Assembly: GCA_025786725.1 (NCBI GenBank)
Contig: JAHLTZ010000004.1
Coordinates: 310,001 to 374,000, forward strand
Direction of reading: 5' to 3'
Source of the DNA: Syncephalis fuscata S228
Taxonomy: Eukaryota; Fungi; Zoopagomycota
DNA length: 64,000 bases
Part shown: positions 27,834 through 40,419 of the stretch, piece by piece
Layout of the letters: each line of letters begins with the position of its first letter
Numbering within the stretch: position 1 is the stretch's first letter
The notes under the pieces: generated by a model
Database searches by the model: none
What the model saw: only the letters and a program-made list of their open reading frames with translations
Told to the model about the DNA's origin: nothing
Made by a program: the position numbers and the translations under genes

Positions 27834-28419
27834 TTTATAGGAAATTGGATTGGCACGAGGCTGCAGTAAGCGACAAGTCTTTAAGATTTAAGAAAATTGT
27901 TATTTTAAAGCATATGTTTACTACTGAAGAAATTGATGTACGTAACCTAGATGTGTTTAATGATAATAATCGACTATAATGGCTTAAAACTACTATTTAA
28001 TGTAATTATAGGAAGATCCAACACTTTTACTAGACTTGAAAACAGATATTAGAGATGAAGCTGAAAAGATCGGAGAAGTAACCAATGTCATTATCTACGA
28101 TGTAGGTAGTAGATAGTATTATAGTACAGCAGTAGCTAATAGCTGTTTTATGTAAAGAAATCGCCAGATGGTGTATGTTCAGTACGCTTCAAAGAGGCAG
28201 AACATGCGGAACAATGTGTCAAGGTAAGAGTTTAATAGCTATTGTAATTCATACAACTACTTATCGGCTGATAATTATTAGTTAATGGATGGACGGTTCT
28301 TTGGTGGACGTCAAGTTGAAGCACATATTCATAATGGTAAAGAGAAATACGAAAAATCAACCAACAAGGATGAAGAGGCTGTATCGGCCAGTTATGAAAA
28401 ATGGTTAACGGAAGAGTAG
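26645..28419 (+). CDS. CUS2: Tat-SF1/Cus2 U2 snRNP-associated RRM+UHM protein
   Basis: NASVYVTGLPVDV..FSKCGMLMDDLMTG|QPKIKVYRDSYGNPKGDALITYYRPESVTLA, VILKHMFT, DIRDEAEKIGEVTNV, MDGRFFGGRQV. Confidence 0.92.
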
Positions 28420-28524
28420 TTACTTAATAAATATGGCATTGTTATTACTACTATTGGTATAGTTTATTATTTACATATCAATAATGATAATAGCCATAGC
28501 ATAAGAGGTTTCGATAAACAGAAC

Positions 28525-31195
28525 TTAAGCGGCGTTTTCGAAAAAGCTCTTTAACATAGCCTGTAAATTCTCCGGACTATATTTGACGTATTTAGCGGCA
28601 TTTTTGGTAAAATCCGACGTTTTATATCTATATTGACAACATTTAAATAAATTAGTCAATATTCTTTATGCGTAAATAAACACTTACTTGTCAGCAAATC
28701 GAGAATACATAGGAATCAACACTTGTCCAATCTCTTGAATAATCTCTTGACGTAGATCAGGGTCAGGAATACTATAACCACGTTGGTCACGATAAATCAA
28801 ATCAAATGCATCGTTGAAATACTAAATTATCTGATTAGTTAATTATTTATAATTATTACTGTTGTAGTTACTTTAAATTTCTCTTTAATCTGTGCTTTCT
28901 CCGAACTACTTAGTGATCGTTTGACTTCACCGCCCTTGATGTACGTAACGTCCATAAGAATACCAATTACTGGTTTCCAACTAGATAAATAAGGTCAATT
29001 AACCAAATGCCATAGTCTATGCACTATTTATTTACCTGGCTTGGTATACTTCACGTTGCTGTTTCACCAATTGTTCGTATTTCTGCAACTCAGTTGGTCC
29101 AATCCATTCTTGAAACGACGATTCTATCATCTTGTATACGTAATGATAGTTGTTCATTAAGAAAATCGCCCCTAATGTTCGTTTACCATACGAACGAGAA
29201 AGTGTCTCAAGTGCAGTAACCAGTGTATCAATGACATCCACTAATACAGACTGTTAAAGCATTTATCGATACAGTGCATACTATACTTACACACATAACT
29301 GCCAACAATGCCTACATTAGCGGCATTTTTGGTATGGGTCTTTGTCTGTAGATTCCAGTTACCACTGCCTAGTGTTGTTAACATTTGTTCAACTCGATCA
29401 CCGAATTCAAGCAGTCGCTTTAAGCTATTCAATGTCTATACACAATACACAATACATAAATAAATATTATAATTCGATATAATATTTTAATAATTAAATC
29501 CTACCTCAGATGTAAATTCATGCACTGTACCATCCTCGGCCAATGGTGTGGGTCGATTTCCGGCCGCCTTTATATTTAACGAGTATTAGAATAAAGTACG
29601 ACTACGATTATAACAACTACCTACACGAACACCCTCAAGAAATTCAGGAAAGAATGTAATGACACTGGCCCGAGCTGCCTTTTGTAACTCGGCTACTTTT
29701 GGTTGCTTCGATGTTCCCTAAATAAACAAATTAGCATGTTATATCTATATTTCTTATAGATAGGCTGTATTTACATTAAAGCATTTGTTAAATGATGCTG
29801 ATGATGACTCCAGTGTATCCAAAATATCAAATAACATAAATACGTTATTGTGCAGGCTTCTCTGGGCATTACGTATAATTGTATCGCCCGTGGCAACGTA
29901 CATATCCGTTACTGGACCGATTGTATCATCGAAGATTGGATCTAGATCTGCGTGTAACACCACACGAGCCAGAATTTTACGTTCAGCCTATAACAAACAT
30001 ATAATATAATAGTCAGTTGTTACAACTAATATTATATATAGATATACTAATTGTTGTTACCTTAAGCATTCTAATTAGACCTTCAGTAAATCCAATAAAT
30101 GGGCTCGAGCCCTTTTGGTAAACACCACCGGCCTTTGCATCACCCATGCCTGCTGACTGTGCCAGCATTGTAAATGCCTTTTTCAAGTAGGCCGAACGAA
30201 CCTCGCTATAGATCTTTGTATAATCGGTCACATATTGGAATTCAGTCTCGGCACTTGACATGTATGTACCAAGCGATGCTAGACTATCTAATGAAGATGC
30301 AGGCACCGAATAGTCACCTATAAACATGTACACATACATTGTTATCGCTATTAATGTATCCAATTACAACAAAATAATTCATACCGTCGGCCTGAGCAGA
30401 TGCATGACTACACGATTGAAGTCGTTTACGAAACAGATCTTTAAGATGATGAAGGGACGCTTTCATGACTTGGGTCTGCATCATTACAATCATTATTGCT
30501 ATTCTATAGTAATTATCGAGTTGTATTTACCATATGTGCCAATACTCTTTCACAACAATGAAATTTACTATGATTAAGAACCTCACATGCTTGCTTTACT
30601 CTAATATAATCGCATTTTGTTATTGTTATTGTTATGATTGTTGTTGTTATTATTAAATATTTACTTGGCAATTGCTAAAAGGTATTTATCAAGGTCACCG
30701 TCACTTGGTCTATCAATCAATAGATCGCCAGTATAAGAATATCACTATTTATCGCTTATTAAATATTATTGCTTACCCTCGTATAATAATTGCCTCCTCC
30801 TCACTAGCCATATCCATGTACTCAATAACTGTTTTTAATGATAGCGCCTGTTGTTTCTGGTCTATATCATACTAGTGTATCAGTTGTTTATTCCGTAAAA
30901 TAGTCACAGTATCCTCTCACCTTCTTCTAGTCGCGACATTGCTTGAGTTGACTCGTGAATAGGTAGAATGGACGACTCTAACATGCCCAGACGATCATTA
31001 AGCCGGTCCAGCATAGATACCTAGCACAAGATACTTCTAGATGACTGTTGTTGTCTTTATAGTCAATATACGCACCGACTTATTGGTTAGGGCGTCTAAG
31101 CGCCGAAAGCGTCCCTGGAGCGTTGACAATCGGTCATCGTTGGTGGCTGCTCCACTGTTCGTCTGGGAATTAGAGTTATTTGCGGAAACTACCAT
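28525..31195 (-). CDS. EXO70: Exocyst subunit Exo70, multi-exon
   Basis: LAEDGTVHEFTS, GAIFLMNNYHY, IKEKFK|.FNDAFD..YSIPDPDLRQEI..LIPMYSRF..FTKNAAKYVKY. Confidence 0.93.
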
Positions 31196-31327
31196 CACGT
31201 TTGAAGGATGGCGTGGATAACGATAGATTAGTTAGAGTATAAAGAGAAAGGAGTAGCAAGTTTGACTGCATGTGGTTGCGATTCATTGTTGAACCCTTTT
31301 CTCATTTTAAACAATAGCAACCTTTAC

Positions 31328-32741
31328 ATGGAACTACTTGATACGTGTCGACTTTATTCCCGTGGACTAGACGGCAAGTATACATTTGATAGTCGGTATT
31401 TTGAACTTGATACGCCCTATCAGCGTGCCAATGTAAGTTAATAGTTGGATATTCATTGGCCTAACATAGCCGTGAATACTTTAGCCCAAGAAGCACCCGC
31501 CACCACTGGATGTGACAGATCAGTGTATTTTAACAGCATATCAATTGTTAAATAAAACAGGTCTGGAGCAAATAAATCAACTATATGTTAAAGCATCATC
31601 GCCACCATCGGTATCTACTGCCAATGAACAAATAGAACAAATAGAACAAATAGTAAAGAAACGAAAACGTTCAATAGAATCAGATGAAATTGATTTTCCA
31701 GCATTTGGCCAGTTGGCAAGTTTGGCTCATAAAGATGTGGTGGATCAGCCACTGCAACATGTTGAATTAGGTAATTGGTAATAACAAATAGCATACTATC
31801 GATTAAAGACTATTAGATGTATCCAGCACTGAATTAGAGTTGGATCAGCTACTTTATACCGACATTGCAAACCCTTCCTCAAAAGTATGCTTACTTCGTG
31901 TGCGCGGCACTAATAATACATATATTATACCGGCTCATACACGATTTCTTATGTGTGACATTAAAGCGAGTAGTTTGTTAAAATTGCGTAAGTTTATAAT
32001 ATCATAGCCAATGTGATGCCACTAACTTACCTATATTTACCAGAATGTCCTATCAATGGCTATGATGTTATTGTTATGGATCCACCTTTTCCCAATACTT
32101 CGGCTTCCCGTGGACAAAAATACGATACGTTAGATCTTTATGATTTATTCCAATTGCCAATTGCCAAACTGCTGGCACAGCCTTGTCCCATAAATAATGA
32201 CAACCAAGGTGGTTTGCTCTGTTGTTGGATTACTAATCGTCCACGTATTCGTCGTGTTTTACTAGAAAAGCTATTTCCCGCATGGGGTGTTGCCCTAGTA
32301 GCCGAGTGGTACTGGTTAAAGGCAAGTGTCTAATGGCACTGTATGTAGCCATACTAATCTGCCATAGATAACACGTCAGGGCGAACCAGTTCTACCTTTG
32401 GGCGCCCAGCATCGTAAGCCATATGAACGTCTATTGATTGCACGACGCCAACAAGCTACGACAGCTTCATTAATACCATCTAACCGTGTATTTGCCAGTA
32501 TACAATGCACACTACATTCGCGTAAACCTCCTCTTGATGGTAAATTGTACTTAGTAAATGGCACTTACAGTCAGTAATTAGATTATATCTAGAGCTATTG
32601 GAGAAATATTTACCTTCTGGTGAACGGCCACCGCATGGTTTGGAGCTATTTGCCCGCTCATTAACTCCTGGTTGGACCAGTTGGGGCAATGAGCCACTTA
32701 AATTTCAATCCGAACATTATTTTGTAGCAAATAAATCTTGA
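31328..32741 (+). CDS. METTL4: MT-A70 family N6-adenine methyltransferase, METTL4 clade
   Basis: YDVIVMDPPFPNTS, CWITNRP, LFPAWG..EWYWLK|ITRQGEPV, HRKPYE, HSRKPPLD, LELFARSLTPGWTSWGNEPLKFQ. Confidence 0.9.
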
Positions 32742-33225
32742 TAATTTGAGCTTTATTATAGTATGAATAGGTAATGTATATTCGGCACGATACTTATACG
32801 CTCCATAAACATCTTTGTCTATTTTTAAAGTTTAATAATTAAATTAGCTAGTCCAACGTTTTATGACGTTTAATTGCTGTTTATGTGGTATACATGAAGT
32901 GTGCTACATAGCCTAGCAGATCATTCCTCCAAACTTATTGTAACGATAACTATCTATTAATTGGGGGATTATGAATCCTAAAATTATAGGTATTAAATGA
33001 TTAGAAATAATAAAACAAACAGGTTACATTAAAAACAGGAATGAAACATGTAAACCTGTTATTTCTGCCTTGAGTTTGAGTTATCAGTGGACGGAGCGCG
33101 ATTATAAGTGGGCATTTTATCTTCATTCCTATCATTTATCGATTATCTTTACAACTAACAACCGTTTAATGCTTCAATTCATTACAGTGCCATGATATAT
33201 TGTGCTTGATTTCAAATTAAATACA

Positions 33226-34491
33226 ATGGGATCACAAAAACCATTAATTACATTCAAATGTACTTCATCTGAAAGTTTAGAGGCATGCCAAATTGCCAGG
33301 GATTTTTTATATTCTACAGTTGCCAGCTCGATTATGTCATCTTTAGTCTGTCTTATCTCCATAGCATTAATTGTTTACAGACGACATCATGGACTATTTA
33401 CGGGATTGTATCGTCGCGTTGATAACTATTGGATTCCTACCTCTATCGATTCTTTCATAATATATACTAGTATAAGTGAATTTATACAAGTAGTTGCATC
33501 CACTCTTTTACTATTGGAATGGTCAAAACATTTTATTATTAGTACTATAATTAACACAATATGGCTAGTAACGACATGTAATGCAATGGCGATGTTTACC
33601 GTAGGAATTATTAGCTATATTCCATCTACATTTACGGAGTATACACATATCTGCGACAAAGCACCAAGAATATTAGATTTTCTTAAGTCTAAACCAGCGG
33701 AGAAATCTCAAGTAATCATCTCAGTACCATCTACAAAAATACTATTCTGGAGCTCTCTATTATTCTCCTTACAAATGATAGTAGGAAATATTGCTATCGG
33801 CATTTGGCATGAATGGACAGCTGAAAATGGATCATCAGATAATGAATTCATCATTGAAAAGATAGGATCAGTATGGATAACTATTTTTATACTTGTAATC
33901 ATGGTAATCAATGGTTATTATTGTCATAAATTCTATCGTCTTCTCCAGTCGCATGTATACAAACAAAAATCTAATGCCGAGGACCAAAAAAATGCTGCTC
34001 GCTGTTATAGAAACATTTTTCTTGCGCTAGTTGTAATGTTTTTGTTATTCATTTGTTGTCACGTTGTTATTAGCTTAATGAATAATTGGCTGTACAAAAG
34101 GAAAACATTATATTCTGCAGTTGTGTCATCGTATTATTCAACAATACATCCAGTTTTTGGTCTAATCATTTTATACAACATATGGCAAACAACTAGACTA
34201 AAAGTAAAACGTAATGCCAGTTTAATTTTAAATTCTGAATTGCCTAAAGTACCGCTCACCATAGAAGATACACCAGCATGTTACTCTAAAAATTCGGAAT
34301 TGATAATGGAAAGTGCAACAAACCACTATAATGCAGTTATGGATCATACATTGATTTGGCAAACATTCGTCGCGGCTGAATCACCAACAAAGCAATCACT
34401 AAACAATGATACAGTAATGGACAGCGGTTTAATGATTAATAGTGATATTCATCATGACAGTCTAATTACCTATAGGCATAATAATTATTAG
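33226..34491 (+). CDS. Intronless orphan protein with about 7 TM segments (GPCR-like), paralogue 1
   Basis: Long ORF with about seven hydrophobic segments, an N-terminal Cys pair and a polar C-tail; clearly paralogous to 35322-36577. Confidence 0.75.
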   Translation: MGSQKPLITFKCTSSESLEACQIARDFLYSTVASSIMSSLVCLISIALIVYRRHHGLFTGLYRRVDNYWIPTSIDSFIIYTSISEFIQVVASTLLLLEWSKHFIISTIINTIWLVTTCNAMAMFTVGIISYIPSTFTEYTHICDKAPRILDFLKSKPAEKSQVIISVPSTKILFWSSLLFSLQMIVGNIAIGIWHEWTAENGSSDNEFIIEKIGSVWITIFILVIMVINGYYCHKFYRLLQSHVYKQKSNAEDQKNAARCYRNIFLALVVMFLLFICCHVVISLMNNWLYKRKTLYSAVVSSYYSTIHPVFGLIILYNIWQTTRLKVKRNASLILNSELPKVPLTIEDTPACYSKNSELIMESATNHYNAVMDHTLIWQTFVAAESPTKQSLNNDTVMDSGLMINSDIHHDSLITYRHNNY

Positions 34492-34826
34492 CAATTAATA
34501 TTTTTATTTACATCTTACATGATTTTTGGTAACACACTTTATAAAATTCAATCTGTTAGCAATGTTTCATTAAGCAAACACGATTATTGCATAAAAATAA
34601 TAAACATATTTGACAACTTCAATATTTATAACATAGTGCTTACAATAGCAATAAATAACTATTATATTATATTAAAATACATTATTTTATTAAAAATAGA
34701 TAATCTTGTGCATATATTTATGCTAAGCACATGCCATTTTTGTGCTACGAATATAGAAGCAATGTATACGTCTAAGATCTATGGCTATTTGAACCTTCAA
34801 CTTTAACTTACAACAATCTAATTATT

Positions 34827-34960
34827 TTTGTAGATCTATTAGCTAACAGGTTTGTTTTGTAAACCAGGTATTTGTTTGTTTCAGCTAACGAAAGCACTCC
34901 TCAATCTGTCACATGTCTGCAGGAATGCTGTGCAGCTTATTGTATTGCTATTTTCCATCA
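34827..34960 (+). repeat. Duplicated copy of the AGC1 upstream/5'UTR region
   Basis: TTTGTAGATCTATTA...GTCTGCAGG.AT.CTGTGCAGCTTATTG.ATTGCTATT matches 37482-37687. Confidence 0.75.
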
Positions 34961-35321
34961 TACGTTAGATGCTGTGTCTTATTATTGGAAATAATTACAA
35001 ACTGTATTAAATAATGTCGCGAATTATCTATCAAGTTGTTTACATAATAATTACAAATTCAATCAAATGATTATACATTCTAAAATGCAGATGCTGTTGG
35101 AGATTTAACCAGAAACGATGTAATATCATGCTGCACAAAATGAGAATGAAACGCGCAAACCTGTTGCTTCTACCTTGAATTGACAATGCGCACATACTTG
35201 CAACTGGCTATTTCACTCACCCTTCTATTAATTGTTACATGACTTTGCAAATAACAAACGGCTGATATTTCCATTTATTATAGTTCTCTGATATACTGTG
35301 TTTAGTTTTTTAGTTAATATA

Positions 35322-36577
35322 ATGTCAGAATCAAGAGTATTTCTTGAATTCAGTTGTATTCCATCCGACGATCCAGAGGAGTGTCAAGTTGGCGGAAATA
35401 TATTTTATTCTATAATTTCAGCTCACTCATATCATTTATAATATTTCTCATTGCTATGGCGTTAATTGCCTACAGGTGGCGTTATGGGCTATTTTCGGGA
35501 CTGTATCGTCGTGTCGATAATTATTGGGTTCCTACAGCTATCGATTCTTTTATAGTATATATTAGTGTAGGCGAATTCACACGTGCGGCTGGTGACGCAC
35601 TTTTACTATTGGATTGGTCAAGTATGATTTTCCATACTATGATAAGTACAATATGGACGGTAGCAACGTGTAATGCAGTGGCAATGTTTACTGTAGGAAT
35701 CATCAGCTATATTCCATCTACATTTACGCATTATACGCACATCTACGACAAAGCACCAAGAATATTGGATTTTTTTAAATCTAGCCCAGCTGGGCAATCG
35801 CATGCCATCATTTTAGTACCATCTACGAAAATACTATTTTGGAGCTCTCTACTATTTTCTGTACAAATGATAGTAGGAAACATTGCTATCGGCATTTGGT
35901 ATGGATGGGTAATAGAATATGAATCGGCAGCTGCTGCGTTCACCATTCACAGTATACATTTAGCATGGATAACTATTTCCATGGTTGTAATCATGCTAGT
36001 TAATGGCTACTATTGCTATAAATTCTATTGCCTTCTCCAGGCGCATGTAGATAAACAAAAATGTAATATCGACGATCAAAAAGATGCTGCACGCCGTTAT
36101 AGGAATATCTTTCTTACTGTAGTTGTGATGTTTTTGCTATTCAGTTGCTTTGAGATTGTTATTGGCACAATGAATAAGTGGTTATATAAATCAAGAACGT
36201 TACGTTTTACTGTTGTGATATCGTATTATTCAGTAATACATCCGATGCTTGGCCTAATTATTCTCTACAACATATGGCAAACGACTAGGTTACAAGTGAG
36301 GCGCAGCACCAGTTTATCTTTGCCTTCAGCATCAGCCAAAACGCCACCTGCCACAAGGAATACACCGGTATGTTACTCTAAAAAATCAGCAACACTAGCA
36401 GATAGTGTAACAAACAACTACGATGCTGTTATGGACCCCACATTGATTTGGCAAACGTTTATCTCGGCCGATTTACCAGCAAATAGCACCACTGCATATA
36501 AAAATCAATTATTGGGCAATAATGCGGCAATAGATAGTAATTTAATAATTAGTAGCGATATTCATCAAGATCAATAA
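35322..36577 (+). CDS. Intronless orphan protein with about 7 TM segments, paralogue 2 (1-nt deletion at ~35419)
   Basis: ATG 35322 gives MSESRVFLEFSCIPSDDPEECQVGGNIFYS, aligning to paralogue 1 MGSQKPLITFKCTSSESLEACQIARDFLYS. After the shift it shares GLYRRVDNYW, AMFTVGIISYIP and ILYNIWQTTRL. Confidence 0.75.
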
Positions 36578-36814
36578 CTCGAATATTAAACCGTCAATCG
36601 GTTTTTAATACTAAAAATTGCTATTTACTGATGTGGCGCTATGTCTATTCCGCTTAATTCAAGTGGGGATGAGCCAGTCCGCACAATTTTCAATATCAAA
36701 ATAGGTATTAAATAATATCCCATGTTACAATAAAGTATAATAAATAGATAACTGATAGTAATAAATAAATATTGATCAATATTATTGTTTTTGTAAACTA
36801 TTTAAAGCATTATA

Positions 36815-37060
36815 ATTTGATATTTAATGTCATTCACCATCCATCATCATGTTTATATATTGAATATTATTATTAAAATAGTCATTTGCTTACCAAATCA
36901 TAATAAATGGCTACTAAATTTAATTAGATTGTATAATAATGTTAAAGAGTATACAGTATTTTATATAATAATGTATTTTATTTAACTCAATTAACAAGTA
37001 TCAAAATTAAAGCTTAAAAATAAATAGTACATAGCATGTATATATTAGTGCTACAACACT
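36815..37060 (+). repeat. Solo right end of the long-TIR element family plus adjacent AT-rich block
   Basis: Matches about 49978-50215 in the same orientation (TAATTAGATTGTATAATAATGTT; ATAGCATGTATATATTAG). Confidence 0.7.
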
Positions 37061-37732
37061 AGCACAATCAAATAAAACAATCAGCTAAATAATTATTGCT
37101 ATCATTGCTAAAGAATGTAAGTTGTATTGAAATGTTTAAAATAGCAACTACTGATACAATTTTTCTGCTACATTTAATTCTATTTTATGGAAATGATAAT
37201 GCTATTATATTACACTAATGTTTATTACGGATGATGATTTAAACACAAATCAATTAATCAAATTGTTATGATCAATTGCGTAAAATGGCTTATTGCGCTG
37301 AATGGGGCAAAATAATGCCAATTAAATAGTCTGCTTCCTTTAATTCTTAAGCTTTTACGCTATTTACTTACTAGTTATTTTAGACCCTGTAGTTTCTTCA
37401 TATAAAATACATATTTTCAAATAGAATATATAGTCTTATCACCTGTATATAGCAAATAATTTTACGCTTATTTAATTACAATTTGTAGATCTATTAATCA
37501 ACAGTTTTATTTTATAAACCAATTATTAAAGTGTTTGACAATGGCCTCGGATAGTTCCGGACAGTACCGATCCTTCCTTAGCCATTTCAAGTATTTATTT
37601 TTTCCACTTGATAGAAACATTTCGCCTCAACCTGCCACGTGTCTGCAGGGATACTGTGCAGCTTATTGCATTGCTATTTGTTCATCACGGCTTTTCTTCT
37701 TTTTCTTCTTATTTCTCGCTTTTTGCTCTACT

Positions 37733-40045
37733 ATGTCTGCTCCAGCGACAGTAGAAAACTCTGCCACGGCCATTCTGGCCACGGCTAATCGTGCTCAAGA
37801 TGCTGATTCTACCGCTAAGACGACAACACCCACGGCAACACTGGGTCTTGCCGTGACAAGTCATTTAAGCGACGAAGAGCTACAGCGCTATCACGTTGTT
37901 TTCCACCGCTACGCGACGCCTCACACAGACGGCGAGCTATACCTCGACGCCAATAATTTCATAACTTGCATGGACCAGCTAGTGGCCGGCGGCATTGGCG
38001 GGCCGCCGGTTGATGAAGCCGAAGCTGCGCTAGATGTTAATGCCACGCGTTCGGTTCGGCTTAGTGAGGAGCATTGCCGTCTATTATTTGACACGGCCGA
38101 TCGTCGCCGCCAAAATCGCGTCGGGCTTGACGATTTCATTTGGTTTCATCGTATCATCAGTCGTCCAGACGCGGAATACCAGCTAGCCTATCGCGTATTT
38201 GATCCCGAAAGCTCAGGCCGAGTTAAAATGGAACGATTCCGCTACTTGTTGCGCAATGGCCTTCGCAGCGATTCACCGCCTTTTGACCCAGATTGCGACT
38301 GGCTTCGTCTGTACGATCATGCGGGCGTCAAGGGCGATGGACGTAGCTGGTGGACGTACGCGGAGTTTGCCCAGCTATTACGTGGCCTCCCAGGAGAACG
38401 ACTCCGCCAAGCATTCCGTTACTACGATACAGCAGGTATTGGTTATATTTCACCAGAAGCATTTAGAGATATGGTGGCCTCTCTGGCTAGACATAGATTA
38501 TCGGCCTACGTGCTTAATAATATCACAAGTCTATGCTCAGATGTTGAGTTTGAGGTTGAATCTGGCATGGCTGATGAGGCAGATATTGCTTCTGGGCCAG
38601 CTGTTGTTCGTGGACGTGTCAACTATGCAACTGTTCGTGCATTTTACAATGTTGTACGTCAACTTGACAGCATAGAATCCATTATTCGTACAGCTTCACG
38701 CACCAGCCATGATGGACGTATTGATAGAATGGACTTTGCTGAAGCTGCAGCTAAACTTGGCCGATCGGCAATGTTTTCGCCTTTAGAAGTTAATATTATT
38801 TTCCATTTTATTAAACTTGAACATCCTGGTACTGCACGTTTCTTACCACAAGACTTTCGTCTATTGCTCGATCCGGGCTGGCGTGTGCCACAGGATGATA
38901 ATATACTAGATGAAGATAAAATGGCCGATAAAAAGACAAGTCGTGGTGCCAATTTTGGACTTGGAGCAGCACGACAAATCTATAGCTTTATGCTTGGTGC
39001 TATCGGTGGCGCAGTTGGTGCCACAGTCGTCTATCCTATTGATCTTGTCAAGACGCGTATGCAAAATCAACGATCGGCCGTCGTTGGTGAATTAAGATAT
39101 CGTAATAGTATGGATTGTTTCCGTCAAGTAATTCGTAATGAAGGTGTACTCGGTCTTTATAGTGGACTTGGTCCACAATTGGTTGGCGTAGCACCGGAAA
39201 AGGCTATCAAGCTGGTAATGAACGACATTGTTCGTGCCTTTTTCCGTGACCCACGTACGGGTGAATTGAAGCTATGGCAAGAAATTACAGCCGGTTGTGT
39301 TGCAGGTGGCAGTCAAGTAGTGTTTACTAATCCACTTGAAATTGTCAAAATCCGATTACAAATTCAAGGTGAAGTGTCTAAAGTCACCAATGTACCCAAG
39401 CGATCGGCTGTATGGATTGTAAGGGAACTTGGTTTACTTGGTCTTTACAAGGGTGCCAGTGCTTGTTTGCTGCGTGATATTCCGTTTTCGGGTATTTATT
39501 TCACTGCTTATGCTCATCTCAAAAAGGATCTATTCCATGAGGGACGTGATAATAAGCGTTTAAGCATTTGGGAATTGCTATCGGCTGGCGCTATTGCTGG
39601 TATGCCTGCTGCCTACCTTACCACACCGGCAGATGTGATTAAAACACGTTTGCAGGTAGAAGCACGTCAGGGTCAGACCCAATACACAGGCATTATGGAT
39701 GCAGCACGCAAGATCAGCCGTGAAGAAGGCTTCCGCGCTTTCTTTAAGGGCGGTCCAGCACGTGTACTTCGTTCATCACCTCAATTCGGTACAACCTTAA
39801 TGGTGTATGAAATATTGCAAAATTGGATGCCATTTACCAAGATTGAAAATGCACTTGGTTGGGGTGCTGTTGGTGCCGAAGTTAAACGTGAACGCGAACG
39901 CACAAATATCGAACGTATTTCCGATTCGAATCTATGGCGTACACGACGTGCACTTCGTCTACTACAAGATCTTGACTTTAGATTTGGCGTTTTATCGCCT
40001 AGTGTTGCTAATGCTGCAGTGGCAGCTAAAAGCATTAGTAAATAA
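37733..40045 (+). CDS. AGC1: Mitochondrial aspartate/glutamate carrier Agc1 (aralar/citrin-type, with EF-hand N-terminus); intronless
   Basis: VYPIDLVKTRMQNQR, GLGPQLVGVAPEKAIKL, TNPLEIVKIRLQIQGE, TPADVIKTRLQV, RVLRSSPQFG; EF-hand-like N-terminal repeats. Start placed at MSAPATVE. Confidence 0.96.
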   Translation: MSAPATVENSATAILATANRAQDADSTAKTTTPTATLGLAVTSHLSDEELQRYHVVFHRYATPHTDGELYLDANNFITCMDQLVAGGIGGPPVDEAEAALDVNATRSVRLSEEHCRLLFDTADRRRQNRVGLDDFIWFHRIISRPDAEYQLAYRVFDPESSGRVKMERFRYLLRNGLRSDSPPFDPDCDWLRLYDHAGVKGDGRSWWTYAEFAQLLRGLPGERLRQAFRYYDTAGIGYISPEAFRDMVASLARHRLSAYVLNNITSLCSDVEFEVESGMADEADIASGPAVVRGRVNYATVRAFYNVVRQLDSIESIIRTASRTSHDGRIDRMDFAEAAAKLGRSAMFSPLEVNIIFHFIKLEHPGTARFLPQDFRLLLDPGWRVPQDDNILDEDKMADKKTSRGANFGLGAARQIYSFMLGAIGGAVGATVVYPIDLVKTRMQNQRSAVVGELRYRNSMDCFRQVIRNEGVLGLYSGLGPQLVGVAPEKAIKLVMNDIVRAFFRDPRTGELKLWQEITAGCVAGGSQVVFTNPLEIVKIRLQIQGEVSKVTNVPKRSAVWIVRELGLLGLYKGASACLLRDIPFSGIYFTAYAHLKKDLFHEGRDNKRLSIWELLSAGAIAGMPAAYLTTPADVIKTRLQVEARQGQTQYTGIMDAARKISREEGFRAFFKGGPARVLRSSPQFGTTLMVYEILQNWMPFTKIENALGWGAVGAEVKRERERTNIERISDSNLWRTRRALRLLQDLDFRFGVLSPSVANAAVAAKSISK

Positions 40046-40419
40046 GCTGCATTTTTATACGCTTCCCTTTTTTATTACCTAGTACAACGCACATTCACTT
40101 TTATTACTACATACAACTATACACACCGTTACCATCATGCATTACTATCTTGTTCATCCATTACTATTACTACATCTTTTACAGTCGTTAATATGAACAC
40201 TGTTTCAATGATTATGGGTGCATATCATTTTATTCATTTATTATTACTCTTAATCTTTACTACATTTCGGTGTATAGTTTTAATGACGCTATTCAAACAG
40301 AATAATTTAAATAGACTTTTTTTACTTTACTACTGCTGATAGCCAATTATAATATAATCCTTTTTATTGTTATTTAAATGGATAAATGCAAATAGACAAT
40401 GCTACAGCGAACAGTAATT

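Noticed and set aside
37535-37732. 66-aa N-terminal extension of AGC1 in the ORF track
   Set aside because: It overlaps a pyrimidine-rich leader and is duplicated as non-coding DNA at 34827-34960; ATG 37733 is more plausible.
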